This document shows positions 1-12,863 of a stretch of DNA of 64,000 bases, in pieces. Numbering within the stretch: the first letter of the stretch is position 1; each line of letters begins with the position of its first letter. The notes beneath the pieces are model-generated. The model saw only the letters and a program-made list of their open reading frames with translations. It searched no databases and was not told the origin of the DNA. Location of the stretch: assembly GCF_009914755.1 (NCBI RefSeq), contig NC_060925.1. One strand, written 5' to 3'. Source of the DNA: the human T2T-CHM13v2.0 reference genome, Homo sapiens. A program made the translations under genes and the position numbers.

Positions 1-131
1 CACATACTGCCATGCCTATATTTATTTTTTAACCACTTTTTAAAAATTGAAATATAACTCACATAGGATTAAACCTTTTAAAATGTACAATTTGGTGGTT
101 TTAGTATACTGACTTTCTTTTAAGATAGCAT

Positions 132-574
132 TGTCAAAGACAAAATTTCAACAAATTTAAATGATTGAACTGGCTTTTATTGCAATTCTTGAATCAGGTG
201 TTATCTAATCTAAAAATAGATGCTAAGCTGGGCAAGGCAGAAAAATCTGTTTTTATAAAGGTAGTTTGATCAGGAACAAGGAAACAGCATAATAAAACTC
301 AGACTCATAGGTTAACACCAGATTACTTCAGGTTACTTTCTTTGTAAGAGTTAAAAACAGGGAATTTCCTTATGCTGGCTAAAACTGGCCTGTTTGGGAA
401 TTTGGCTATTCTCTCTCTCTCTCTCCTGATTTCTCTGAAGGTCAGATAAGCAACTTAGTTTTGATTTGGTGGCATGGAACTTTAGCATGAGTGACTCCAT
501 TTTGGTTTGGTCTGTTGGGGCCTAGTGCAGGAACTTAGCTCAAAACAATGGTCTTCCATGAATTTTGTTTAACA
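132..574 (-). mobile_element. ERV1 solo LTR (MER31-like)
   Basis: TGT...ACA termini. The minus strand begins TGTTAAACAAAATTCATGGAAGACCATTGTTTTGAGCTAAG, resembling MER31-group LTRs. 4-bp flanks GCAT/GCAC. Confidence 0.7.
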
Positions 575-630
575 GCACCTAGGACTAGTGTTTAAAAGTA
601 TGGATTTCTGCAGTAAAGTTCTTTACATAT

Positions 631-1331
631 TGTAGGGGCAGAAAGAAAGCTTCCTCTTCACCCACTGAAAGTTTGCTGAAAATGAACTGACAAAAGTCAG
701 AATAGGAGAAAAAGGCATACAAAATTCATTTGACGTGCATAGACATGGAAGCCAAACACACAGTATGAGACTCAAAGAGGGGCCAGATGGTTGAGGCTTA
801 AATACTCTCTTCATAGGGGAGTGATGTATGAACCCAGGAGGCAGACATTATTTTGTAAATGATTCTCTCTGGAAGCTAGATGGGACAAGTTATGGGAAAG
901 TGAGGGAAGAACTGCACAGGAACAAAGTTTGTCTTATGCAGGTAAAGTCCCCCAGGTAATTGCTAGGAACTGCCTCAGAAGAATAGATTAAAAGTCTGTC
1001 TGGGCATGGTGACAACTCCCACTGTTTTCTTTTCTCTTTGGTGGTTGAGGTTGATTTTTCCTGGTTATTTAATGAGATTCCTAGGGAGGAGGTCTTAAGA
1101 CAATTTTTGGAAAGCTGTTGGAAAGAAGCTTTCTTAGATAAGAAAATTCCTCTGGGAGTACCTCCTGGTGCTTTGGGCGGGAAGATCAGAAAGATTCAGA
1201 GGTGGGAATGTCTGACAGAGACCTCGGTTCTGAGGCTACTTCTGAGGCTTATTTCTGAGGCCTTTCCATTTTCAAAGCACTCAGCATGTCCAAGCACTAT
1301 GTTTTGGGGAATCATTTTCTGTGCCCCAACA
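631..1331 (-). mobile_element. ERV1 solo LTR (MER34/MER39-group)
   Basis: TGT...ACA termini. The minus strand starts TGTTGGGGCACAGAAAATGATTCCCCAAAAC, typical of MER34/39-type LTRs. Confidence 0.7.
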
Positions 1332-1988
1332 GAATGGCCTTTTCTATTCTTGAAGCACAGGTCCCATCACAGTGCCTACGGTCCTATCGTAGGTATTACT
1401 TTCCTTCAGGAAAATGTTTAAACCACACACATTCTCAATACGTAGACCCATGATTTTAGTTATTTGGTTTTTTTAAAAAAAAAAGCCATGGAAAAGCAAA
1501 ATAAAAATAAATGCCACATATCAAAACTTGGCTCTCGGTAGGTATTTACTGAATGAATGAAAGAATTGAAATGGCCACTTTTGGTTACTGAGTTGCTCTT
1601 GACAGCTTAAAGATGAAAAGCTTGAATACTTTCAGCATCCCCTTGAACATGCTGACTGGCTACCTTGGACTCTTCACCTCGCCTCCTTTGTGAAGAGAAA
1701 ACAGAGCCCAGATTAGCATTACTGCCCTTACTGAAATTGCATTTGAATGTGAGTGTTGAAGATGTCATGTGATTAAATGACAGATGTCACTCATGTTTTT
1801 TTAGTCATGTTTCTATTCCACATCTATTTACAAGTTTTTAAAAATTCTTTTGCCATTGTAGACATTTCTGTTCATGGAACTTAGGCCTGCAAAAACCAAG
1901 ATACTGTCATTGTGGGACGTGCCAATCCACTTTGAGAATGTGTACATGTGTATGCAATTGTTTGCTCTTTTTTTTTTTTTTTTCCCAG

Positions 1989-2021
1989 GAGCCCTCTGGA
2001 GACGGAGCCCAGGGACAGTGA
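1989..2021 (+). CDS. candidate terminal coding exon of an unidentified plus-strand gene (EPSGDGAQGQ* if phase 0; SPLETEPRDSEVFSVC* in another frame)
   Basis: Strong acceptor (long T run + CCCAG at 1984-1988), a short GC-richer stretch in unique DNA, then an AU-rich UTR-like region. The frame cannot be determined. Confidence 0.35.
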   Translation, partial: EPSGDGAQGQ

Positions 2022-2638
2022 GGTCTTTAGTGTTTGCTGATAGATCAAGGCCATGGAATTCCATTTATAGTGTGTATTATAAGAAACTTCAGGGCAGTAG
2101 GAGCACAGCTGCCCTGAAAGAAGAAAATATTATGTATTTTGAAATAGTTTTGATATGTAGCATTTATTTTTATTTTGTTTTTCCATGGCTTTTTTTTTTA
2201 ACCAAATAACTAAAATCATGGGTTTACATATTGAGAATGTGTGTGGTTTAAACATTTTCCTGAAGGAAAGTTATATCTACAATAGGACCATTCAGTTTTT
2301 GTTTTTATGTCAAGTTCAACACTGTAAACAAGTTCTATTGAAGTGAAAAACACAAACGGATCTTTCTTCCCACAGTTAAGTCCCTTTAGGACAGCCCAAC
2401 CAGCTCTCAATTCCCTCTCTAGGGTGACGTGTTCTGTGAGAATCTGCAATAGCAGACGGCAGTGCCCATCATGCATCTGAGCCCCGTAGCTGGAGCCAGC
2501 CACACACTCCAAGACACCAGGTATACATCCCGACCCTGACAGAGAAGTAGTCAGTAGGATGGCATTGTGCTTATAATTAATTTAAAAGTTAATCATTTAA
2601 ATTTACATTTGAGAATCTGCATTTATACTAAGCAAGCA

Positions 2639-2926
2639 GGCCAGGCACAGAGGCTTACACCTGTAATCTAGGAAATTTGAGAGGCTGAGGCGGGAGAATC
2701 GCTTGAGGCCATGAGTTTGTGATCAGCCCAGGTAGTATAGTAAGGCCGTGTCACTACCAAAAAAAAAAAAAAGGCCAGGTGTGGTGGCATGTGCCTATAG
2801 TGCTAGTAAATCAGAAAGCTGAGGCAGGAGAATGACTTGAGCCCAGGAGCTCACGGATGCAGTGAGCTGTGATCCCCTACTGCACTCCAGCCTTGGTGAC
2901 AGAGCAAGACCCAGTCTCTTAAAAAA
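2639..2926 (+). mobile_element. Alu (AluJ-like)
   Basis: Diverged dimeric Alu with A-rich linker and tail. Confidence 0.9.
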
Positions 2927-3046
2927 TGTCAAGCAAAGAATTCCTATGAAACACTAGTTTTAGTGTTTTCTTCCCTCTTGCCTGGATTGTGGTCATTCTG
3001 TCTTAACTGGTGTGTCTGCCTCTGTTCTCAGGGGACTTGAACTCTA

Positions 3047-3145
3047 AGATTGCCAGATAAAATACAGGATGCTCTATTAAATATGAATTCGGATATACCA
3101 CCAATTTTTTTAAGTATAAATTTCTCCCAAAGTATTACATGGGAT
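3047..3145. mobile_element. MER53-like hAT MITE fragment
   Basis: TTGCCAGATAAAATACAGGATG...TATTACATGGGA matches one arm of the palindromic MER53. Confidence 0.6.
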
Positions 3146-4069
3146 GGCTACAACATTATATGAAATAAATTGTCACGAAATCCTTAAAAAATTTGTTTCA
3201 CAATTAATGCTGACCACTTCCAAATCTCAGTATCCAGCCTCATCATGTGTTTTAAACTGAAAATCTCCATTGTGAAGTCTTGCAGGCAACATGTTGAAAA
3301 TTTAACTCATAATTTGCCCCGCCTGTCTTCTCACTTTCAGTGATGTTGCCTCCATCCATCCAGTTCTTGAAACTGCCCTTGACCATTCCCTTTGCCCCAC
3401 ATCCATTAGGTGGGCCCTTTTGCTTCTCTCCCTAGTTAGTCTCAGCAGCCAGCAATACCTTTACTAAAGTTACAGCACAGTCTCTACTGCTTTCCTCTTC
3501 TGTAGGTCCTTCCTTCTAACCGAAGTGACTTCAAACTTCAGACATATGTGCATATACAGAATCAAGTTCCCTGCAAACTATACTTACCCTCACAACTTGC
3601 AGGATATTCTGATGTTGTCTAATGTTTCTTTTAAAAAAAAAAAAAAAAAGCTAGTTGGTAACCTCTTGCATTGATGAGGGATGGCCTGCAATTTAAAAAC
3701 ACTGCCTATTCCATTTTATAAAAAACAACCAGGATAGTGTCTATAAACCCTGGGCAGACCATGTCGCTCTCTTGCTTAAAACCTTCAATAATTTCATACT
3801 CATTACTCTTAGCAGATGAAGTATGAGATGCTTATCATGACTTTAAAAGCCTCCCACTTGCTCTGTTCTCCCTTCCATTAGGTAGTCCTCTTAGCCAGAG
3901 GGTGCTTCTCCCTTTACCTTAGAATTGATCTCCCACAGAGAACAAGTTCTTCAGGTCTCAATGGCATTTCTTCAGGGAGGCCTTCACAGACCTCTTAGTG
4001 GAGGGAAATCGCTTTACTGGATGTTCTTCCACACTTAGTGCTTTCATGGCAAAAAGAAAGTTCTAAAGT

Positions 4070-4632
4070 ATTAGTGAACTGCTCAACTGCTCAAAATCCT
4101 CCCAAGGCTCTCCATTTCATTCAGACTAAAATCCAGTCTTGACGGTGGCCTACATGGTCCTACATGAGCTACTCCCATTTCTTTGACCTTGTCTTCTACT
4201 AATTTTTCTCTTTATTTACTCTTCTGCAGCCACCCTGTCCTCCTTGTTATTCCTCAAAGGTGGCAGCACTCTCCCCTACCTCAGGACCTTGGCACCTGTT
4301 AATTCTCTGACTGGAGCCCCCGCCCCCCCAATATCCATGGCAGTCTCTCATTTATGTCACTTTCCTAAAATGTCTTCTTGTCAATGAGGCCTTCTCTGAT
4401 CCCCCTATTTAAAATAGCATCCCCCAGTCTGGCACTCCCCATTTTCTGCTCTGCTTTGTATTTATTTATTTTACTTATTTTTTTATTTTGCTTATTATCT
4501 ATCTCTCTCTATTAGGATGTAGAATTTGTGATTTTTCTCTACCTTATCAATAGCCAAATCCCTAGCACCTAGAATAGTGCTTGGTTTGTAGAAGGCATTC
4601 AATAAATGTATTTGTTGTGTAAATGAATGAGT
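4070..4632 (+). mobile_element. LINE-2 3' fragment
   Basis: L2-typical motifs ending CCTAGAATAGTGCTTGG...AATAAATGTATTTGTTG...AATGAATGA. Confidence 0.7.
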
Positions 4633-5073
4633 AACTACATGAATCTTGTTAGTTTTCTTATGAGAGAAAATGCCTGTTCTGTTTACAATGTATCTACCTT
4701 AGTGCCTGGCACATAAGAAGGTCTCAAAAAATAATTTTTTGATTTAAATTCATTTAAATTGCAAGTGGTAACAATGGAGAGGGAAGAGTGTGTATAACCT
4801 TAAAAATACTTCTGTTTATATTCCTAGTGTTTGTAACCCTGATGTTACTACTGTGTACACAATCCTTCTTAAAAGAGAAACCTATTAGTATGATGCATTC
4901 ACTTGTTTACTGGAATTAATGTTAGGCTTTTAGTGTTTGCAAACACTAAAAAACTGAAGGTGGGGGGTTATCACGTGGGAGTGTCATGGAAAAAATAATT
5001 CACCCGTTTCAAAGTGGTGGCGCCTGCATAGTTCCTGTTTTGCTGTAACCATAATCAAATGGAACATAGGTTT

Positions 5074-5385
5074 ATAGTTCCTTATTGAAAACCTTTGGGA
5101 CCAGCTGTGTTCAGAATTCAGATTTCTTTTCTTCAGGTTTTAGAAGGCAGTGCATGAACTCCAATTTGTTACACACTCAGCAGACTTTAGGGTAGGGCCC
5201 TGTACTCAAACATGCCAACACTTCTGCAGCGAAAGTGTGAACAGCTACCCTAGGTGGGTAAAGGCAACAAATTGCCCACATCAGTTGCATTCAGGTTTTT
5301 CCACAACAGTGAGTTTTAGAGACAAAAGCATGGAAAACTCTCAGTTTTCAGAACTTCTGAGTTGTTTTTCTGGCTGGGAGTGTTA
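5074..5385. mobile_element. TcMar-Tigger MITE (MER46C-like)
   Basis: TTGGGACCAGCTGTGTTCAGAATTCAGATTT motif of the MER46/Tigger4 group. Confidence 0.45.
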
Positions 5386-6506
5386 CTGCTGAGTGGCAGT
5401 TCTTAGGGCTGCATGACCCAGAGGACTGCTGGCTTTAGGAAAGTTCCTGTTCCAGTTCTCAGTTCCAGTCCCAGTGATAGGACAGATGACACATGATTCT
5501 GATTGAATGACAACTCTGTGCCACAAAACCAATTATTTCATCTATAATAATTCAAACAAATAGATGCAAGAAGAAAAAATGTCCTTTTCTAGTCAATATC
5601 TCAGACCTATAACTAGAATTTGTTCACATCATTCATTATGCAGGAACCAATGATTCTATTTGATTTGCTTACAGAGCTTGAAATTCTTAAAGCAGGGGCT
5701 CTCAAAGTTTAGTGTTTAGGCTCTAAAGCATGGGTTGACAAACTTTTTCTGTCAAGGGCCAGAAAGAAAATGTTTTAGGCTTTGTGGGCTACATATTATT
5801 GGTATATATGTGTCTTCTCAATACCTCTTCCACTGGACCACCTCCCCTCCCTGCCCAGAGGAGATTGTCTGATGGTGGAATTGTCAACATGCTCAGATAG
5901 AAACGTCAAAGGAAAATCATGTTGACATTTGCATTTATAAAGTGTTTTGTAGGAGTTACCCTTGATCACTAAGCACTCTTCTCATCCCAACAGACAATAA
6001 CAATCATTTCTTGCTAGTGAGAAAATAGTTTCTCAATGAAAAGGAGATGGTTCCTGATGAAGATGGCCAGTGAGGGGCTGGGTGATGTTATAACTTCCTC
6101 TGTGGCTTCTAGATTGTTACCATTTAGATTTCCTTTGTTAGATCCATAGTAGGTAACTAAGCACAATTCTGTGTTTTTTTTCCACTTATTAAAAGTTAAC
6201 TGCCAGCCTAGGATATTTGCATTAAAAGGTACTTTTTAAAATAGAAAATATTTCTGTTAAAACAACTAAATAAAGTTTACTTAGAGCAAAAGCTAACATT
6301 GTGCCATTCACTATGCTAAGCACTTTATATCCATTTTTCTATTTACCCCCCACCACAACTCTGTGAAACAGGTGCTTTTAGGAAACCAAGACTTAGATTG
6401 AATAACTGGTCTGAGGTCACCTAGCTGGTGTCAAAGCTGAGCTTTCAACTCAGGTCTTGCAGAGTCAGCCCTCAGACTCTTGAATATTATAGAATATAGC
6501 CTCATA

Positions 6507-6536
6507 AATATATATATTATATATATATATATATAT
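6507..6536. repeat. (TA)n microsatellite
   Basis: Visible TA run. Confidence 0.9.
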
Positions 6537-6655
6537 GTTTTTACATGCGAAGAGGAAGGGCTTATTGGTCATGTCAGGTTTTATGTAGATGATCCTACCA
6601 TGAGAAGCATTAAAAAATTGTTTTGCCTTGAGTGTAATCGATGTCATTTTTTGTC

Positions 6656-6748
6656 TCAGAATGATGGCATGAATCTTTTCTTTTTGGGGATGTTGGCTCT
6701 TTGCTTTTTAGCAAAATCTTCCAACAGATTGTTGTTGATTTCTTTAAA
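6656..6748 (-). pseudogene. candidate terminal exon FKEINNNLLEDFAKKQRANIPKKKRFMPSF*
   Basis: Minus-strand CTAAC branch point + T tract + AAAATACAG acceptor. 30 open codons then TGA. Phase 0. Confidence 0.6.
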
Positions 6749-7320
6749 CTGTATTTTAAAAAAGTTAGCTTGAATTTTGTCACTAGAGAAAGATATTATT
6801 TCCAAGGGAAAGTTAAAACTCCCATGACATTTTTTCATTCTAACTCATTAAGACTGTTTTAAATAAGATTTGAATCATCCCTAATATACATACAAAATTA
6901 TGAAGAAATAAAAAACAATAAAGTTAGCATCTACATTATAATTTATGATTAAAGGCTTTGCATTTCTTGTTCCTTAGGTTTTCTATATCTAAAGTAGAGA
7001 AATGACACCAGTACTAATTATTTAAGTTCATTGAAGTCTTCAGGAGTCTATATTTTACCATGAGTGCATGGGTTAAAGACAATCTTTCTCATTATATCAG
7101 TGAAGGCTGTTTATTACTGGAAGAGTAATAAACATCTCTTCGGAGACCTACTCCTAAGAGAGGAGGTGAGAGATTGAATTTTAAAGATTGTACAGTGATA
7201 AATAATGCTGTTGGAGAAAGTGATGAAAGAAAAAGAAAAGACATCTGTGCCCCTTTTGCCTTTTGCACCAGATATAGGGAAAGAATTCCAGGTATCAAAA
7301 CCAACAGAAAGTACTTTCAA

Positions 7321-7633
7321 TTTTTGTTGTTGTTGTTTTTTTTTTAGATAGTATCTTGCTCTCTGTCACCCAGGCTGGAGTACAGTGACACAATCACCGC
7401 TCACTGCAGCCTTGACCTCCTAGTTTCAAACAATTCTTCCACCTCAGCCTCCTGAGTAGCTGGGAGTACAGGCATGTGCCACCATGCCCAGCTAATTAAA
7501 AAAGATTTATTTTAGAGATGGGGGCCTCACTGTGTTGCTGAGGCTGGTCTTGAATTCCTGGGCTGAAACCATTCTCCAACCTTGGCCTCCCAAAGAGTTG
7601 GGTTTACTGGTGTGAGTGAGCCGCTGTGTCCAG
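7321..7633 (-). mobile_element. Alu (AluJ-like)
   Basis: Antisense Alu. TSD CAGAAAG(T/C)ACTTT at 7305-7317 and 7634-7646. Confidence 0.9.
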
Positions 7634-8262
7634 CAGAAAGCACTTTGTTATAGGATATTGGGGATGATCTTTTTTAGAATAATATTCTTTTCAATAAAGG
7701 TGATTTATTCAAGTTAACTTTTTTTAACATTATACTTCTAACACATATTTTCTATAATACATTCACAGCTCCGAAAAAACTCATTGTCCGATTTCACATC
7801 TCAGTTTATGGTTGTAAAAATATGGTACTTATATATTTTATGTGATATGTTAAGCAATTTTACTTGTGAAGCTGGGAGCTAAAATGTAACTTTGGTAACT
7901 CTATTACTTCTGTTTCAAAAAAGTCAGAGCTACTTAATGTTTTATATTTGGTGTCATCTTAATTTGTAGAGCACATTCTACATATATTTCCTTTTAGACT
8001 ATTTCCTATTTGTTTTTAATCAAAGACCTAGTTAAACTGTGAATAATAACTCAAGATAAAAGGCCTGGGTAAATGTTTGATGAGACTGCTCTAGGAAGGG
8101 GGATGGGTAGGAGCTGTATATCTACCTTGTCTGACCAATGCCAGGCAGATTTCTACCTAGTGGTAGCCTTTTTCCAATTTCTCTCTTTCTCTCTCCTCAC
8201 TCTTTTGTTTCCTCTCTCTCCTCTTCCCTTTTCCCTCCCCATTTCTCTCCTTCAAGCATAAA

Positions 8263-8531
8263 TTTTTTTTTTTTTTGAGACAAGGTGTCACTCTGTCGCC
8301 CAGGTTGGAGTGCAGTGGCGTGATATTGGCTCACTGCCCAGGTTCAAGCTATTATCCTGCCTCAGCATCCCAAGTAGCTGGGATTACAGGTGCATACCAC
8401 CATGCCCAGCTAATTTTTGTATCTTTAGTAGAGATGGGGTTTTGCCATGTTGACCAGGCTGGTGTGTCTGCCTAGTCAAGTGATCTGCCCATCTCAGCCT
8501 CTCAAAGTGCTAGGATTACAGGTGGGAGCTA
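8263..8531 (-). mobile_element. Alu (AluS-like, small internal deletion)
   Basis: Antisense Alu flanked by CAAGCATA repeats. Confidence 0.9.
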
Positions 8532-9566
8532 CAAGCATAGAAGAAAAAATCATCATTCAAACTATGTAAAAGCATAGCCAATGAAAATAAACATCTCATT
8601 CCCCAGGCACTCCTTCTAACCAAGTGTTCTTTTGCAGAGGCAGCGATTTTAAGTTCTGCCAATTTCTCATTCATGATTTATCACCTCGGGGCAATATCTC
8701 CTGACTCCTTGCTGTAAAGAATGGGAAGCATTCTCATAGAACCCTGTACCTAAATTACTGTCTTTTACCTTCTCATATTTGTCAGGTCTAGCTTATTCAC
8801 TTTGTCTACTGGTTGTCTCTTATGACTTTGCATAATACAGATGGCCTCTATTTTCTAACTGATTTTTAGATATAGCTATTGACTCCTTGCTATGAAAACT
8901 GAGTACATTAGCACACGTATCCATTGTTTCACTCTCTTCTAATTTTTTTTAAGTTATGTTTTTATTTGTATGTTGCCATGACTTATAACATTCACATTTA
9001 TAACATGCTTCATTGTCTTTTGGCATCTCTGTCAGTTACTACTTGCCCTCAGGATAAAGTCCACATTTTCTACATAGTAAATAAAATCCCAGCTACCCAG
9101 CCCCATCCTGTCTCCCTGGCCTAATATGCAGTACAAAGAGTTCTCGCTGACATCATATATATGTCTTCCTGGGACTTTGCACATGTTTTTAACTCTCTAG
9201 CAAATTTGTTTTCATGCTTCAAGGCCTAGATCTCATTTTCCTATGTGGTCAATCCATCCCCACATGTTCCCACTACCCTCTTTCTACCTCCATTAGGAGG
9301 CTTTACATTAAGCTGCAATTTCATGTTTATATATCTGCTGCTGCTTCTCCAGTGTGAGTATAGGAGTGTGCATTTCATTTCTGTGTCTCCAGTGTCCAAG
9401 GAAGTGTCCTCACACAGAATGAATGACTGAATGAACACAAAAATATTCTAACAAAGAGATTAACCAGCATATTTGGCGTTTTACATCTTTCCTAAATTGA
9501 TTTTAATCAGCAAAATTTTCAGTGGTCTTTTTCCAGTCTGGTTTATATTTTTCTTTACTTGAATAC

Positions 9567-9642
9567 CTTATCTACCTCCGTGGGGGAATAATTTAAGGAG
9601 AAAATAATTTCTGCCTGTATTGCTGTTAAACACTCATCTTTT
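9567..9642 (-). pseudogene. candidate exon (x)KDECLTAIQAEIIFSLNYSPTEVDK
   Basis: Pyrimidine tract + TAG acceptor, AAG|GTATTC donor. One open frame, ending in phase 0 and matching the terminal exon. Confidence 0.55.
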
Positions 9643-10519
9643 CTACATTGATCCCAAAAGTGAGAAAGAAGAAGAGAAACTTATATACCAGGACATGGCT
9701 TTTTATTAATTTGTATCACTTCAGAAATTTAAATAACAATATAAAGGGAGGGTAAAGTTCCTTTAAAGGATATTTGTTATCAAGTACTCTAAATGAAAAC
9801 AATGTTTATTTAGAAATATGGAAATTTTTTATGAATTTATACAGGAATCTATGTCACTCAAAACATTTCACCTCCAAATACCCACTGGACATCTCTTCTC
9901 TCCTGTCAGTTACCCTGTCTCCTTTTCTTTCAATCTTCTTCCAAACTTAAAAAATATCTACATTTTATCCAACATTCTCGTGTGTGTAGCTAGACCACAG
10001 GTGTGCAAATCCTTGTCAGCCTAGACTGTAAGCAAAGTAAAACACTTTCTGAACAAATGATTGGCTCTCATTAAGATGGTATCTCACTCTAGCTGCTAAG
10101 AATAATAATGTTTGTCTTTTATTCTTTTTTGTATATTAAGTACATTTTGAAAAGAAATCACTAAATATACCTTTAAGAAGGAAATCAATTCCCAGAAATG
10201 GTATTTATTTAAAGAGATTCCTTAGAAACTTCTGTAGCTGCATGATCTATTTTGAGTAAGCATAGCATGTGGCCACAGGTTCCATTGATTTGGCACAATT
10301 TTAGTTCTCTGTTGACTGAATCAATCCACATGTTGATCTTCATCACTCCCATTTCCGTTATGCTCTTAATTCCTGCTGGTGTAAAACTGATTAAAGCCAG
10401 TGGTGAAAAGCTGCTAATGAATTGAGCACCCAGAGATAACTACAATTCTGTATGTCCTGGGGCAGTATAATTTTTTAAGAAAGTATTTAGGCAATATGGG
10501 AACCACCTTGTAAAAGGCA

Positions 10520-10735
10520 GAACAGTGAAGTGGTGAAGACCTGGAGGCTCACTGCTTGACTTCAGATACTGGCTCTGCTGCTTCTTAGATTCATGACTGT
10601 GAGCAAGTTATATAATCTCTCTGAGCCTTTGTCCTCATCTGCCAAATGGGGAATATTAATGCAAGTTAATATGTATATTGAGCTTAGAACAGTGCCTAGT
10701 ACTTTGTAAACACCCAATCATTACTAGCAATTATT
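10520..10735 (+). mobile_element. MIR
   Basis: MIR core (...GAGCAAGTTATATAATCTCTCTGAGCCT...CTCATCTG) and 3' end. Confidence 0.7.
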
Positions 10736-10916
10736 ATTTTCTTTGTAAAGAATACATAGATATGAAAGTGAATGGTCATTTGCCTGTGGTAGTCACTATT
10801 AACCACCCAGACTATATCTTTCCAGAGCATTAAATATGTATGTAGTTTTAACAGAGTGAGCAGCAGTGCAACAGGAATGTTAATGCTACTTTAAGAATGA
10901 CTTGGTTCAACCAAAC

Positions 10917-11012
10917 CTAACTGTACAATTTACAAACAGTTTTTCAAAAGAGATTTGCTTTAAAATCCTGATTTCCGTGTTACTTCATAGTTTTTCAGTA
11001 GTGAGGAACATA
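10917..11012 (-). pseudogene. candidate exon (x)MFLTTEKL*SNTEIRILKQISFEKLFVNCTV(R)
   Basis: TTTTCTTCCAG acceptor, TAG|GTTTGG donor. 96 nt, phase 2-2, one TGA at 10985-10987. Confidence 0.45.
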
Positions 11013-11233
11013 CTGGAAGAAAATACAAAATGATATAGTTACCCAAGGATTCATACATCAAATGTATCCAGAATTCACAAACTATCATCAAGAATTCAAT
11101 ATTCATGACAAGAATTCTGGGCAAATAGCCAAACTATGAGGCATGTGCCCTCTTTAACTTCATATATGTGTATATTATATATTTTTAAATTGACCTTCTA
11201 TGTATTCTATTTCTGGTTGTTGAGGGAAAAGCT

Positions 11234-11246
11234 GTTGCTTAGCAAC
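11234..11246. promoter_or_regulatory. RFX X-box-like palindrome GTTGCTTAGCAAC
   Basis: Palindromic GTTGCT-T-AGCAAC in unique DNA, resembling the RFX X-box consensus. Confidence 0.4.
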
Positions 11247-11537
11247 CAGTTGTTTCCGCTTGGCTGATGTGTAAAATGGAAAACTGTGCAAATCAGAGGC
11301 AAATAATTTTGTGCATTAGGAGTGCTAAGTTACTTGTTTTAACTATTAAATTGTTTCCCAATTTGGTTTAGGGTTCCTAGTGTGGAAAAGATAAAATCCG
11401 AAGCTGTATCATGATATTTACTAATTATTTTAAAGAATACAGATTAATTAAGAATATGTAAATTAGTATATAAAAAAAGAATAATTCAGGGACTTAAAAA
11501 AGTTACTTAAGTGTTAAAGTACAAGTTAAAAGTTTCA

Positions 11538-11839
<302 letters not shown>

Positions 11840-12863
11840 TCAGGCAGAAAATATTTTTATCTTAAAGGGGAAAAAACTAAAATACACATAACAAATTCTT
11901 GAATTGTATCCAACAAAACATAGACATACACCCTATAAAACTTTTTAACATAATTTTATATATATTCATTTATTTAGGTTTTTAACAAAGAGAACTTGCT
12001 AGAGAATGAGAAGTTGTATAATGATGAGAGTCTCTTGGCTGTTGCTAACAAAAACTGACTAACTGAAGCTAAAGAATATTTATAGGCATGAAAGATTTGG
12101 TGCCGGTGGTGGTGTGCTTGGAATTGATGGGATATTGCAGAGCCAGGTTTGGAAACAGGCTAGAACCTTGGGCACTCAAAAATACTGCTTGAGGCCAGAG
12201 CCACAGCTGTTTCCTTGTGTCTCTCTCAAGTTTCAAAAGGCCAGGGGAGAGCATTGCCTGGCTGATTCCTCATTGCCTGCTCCTTGGCCGAGGTGAGTCA
12301 GGGGCCAGGGAGGATATGGTCCCTTCCATTTCCACGGAGACATGCATCTGTATTTACAGGACAGAACACTGCATAGGGGGTTTCCTTTCTCCAAAAGGAA
12401 TTCCGGGTGCTATTAGAAAGAAAGAAATGGATGCTAGAGATGTATAGCTGGAGAGATAGATATACAGTATGGAGATATTATGTACAGTTGACCCTTGAGC
12501 ATTGTAAGGGTTAGGGATGCCGATGCCCCTGCAGTCAAAAATTCTCCTATAAGTTTTGACTCCCCAAAAACTTGACTACTGCTAGCCTACCGTGGGCCTT
12601 ACCAATAACAAAAACAGTTGCTTAACACATTTTGTATGTTATATTATATGCTGTCATCTTACAATAAAGTAAGCTAGAGAAAAGGTTATTAAGAAAATCA
12701 TAAGGAAGATAAATATGTTTATGGTACCATTCTGTGTTTATTAAGTTTATGTCATCAGTTTCCAAGATGAATCCTCTGTCTGAAATGGCAGACACTGCAG
12801 CTGCAGATCTCAAGTTACGGTACACATCAAGCAATTCAACTTCTTGTCATGTCACGACTTTCT

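Noticed and set aside
1038-1421. 127-aa ORF
   Set aside because: Lies mostly within a solo LTR, has a non-ATG start and no recognisable domain.
11043-11116. Minus-strand exon-like segment ILVMNIEFLMIVCEFW...
   Set aside because: Only about 30 nt from the 11012 acceptor and phase-incompatible, so excluded from the model.
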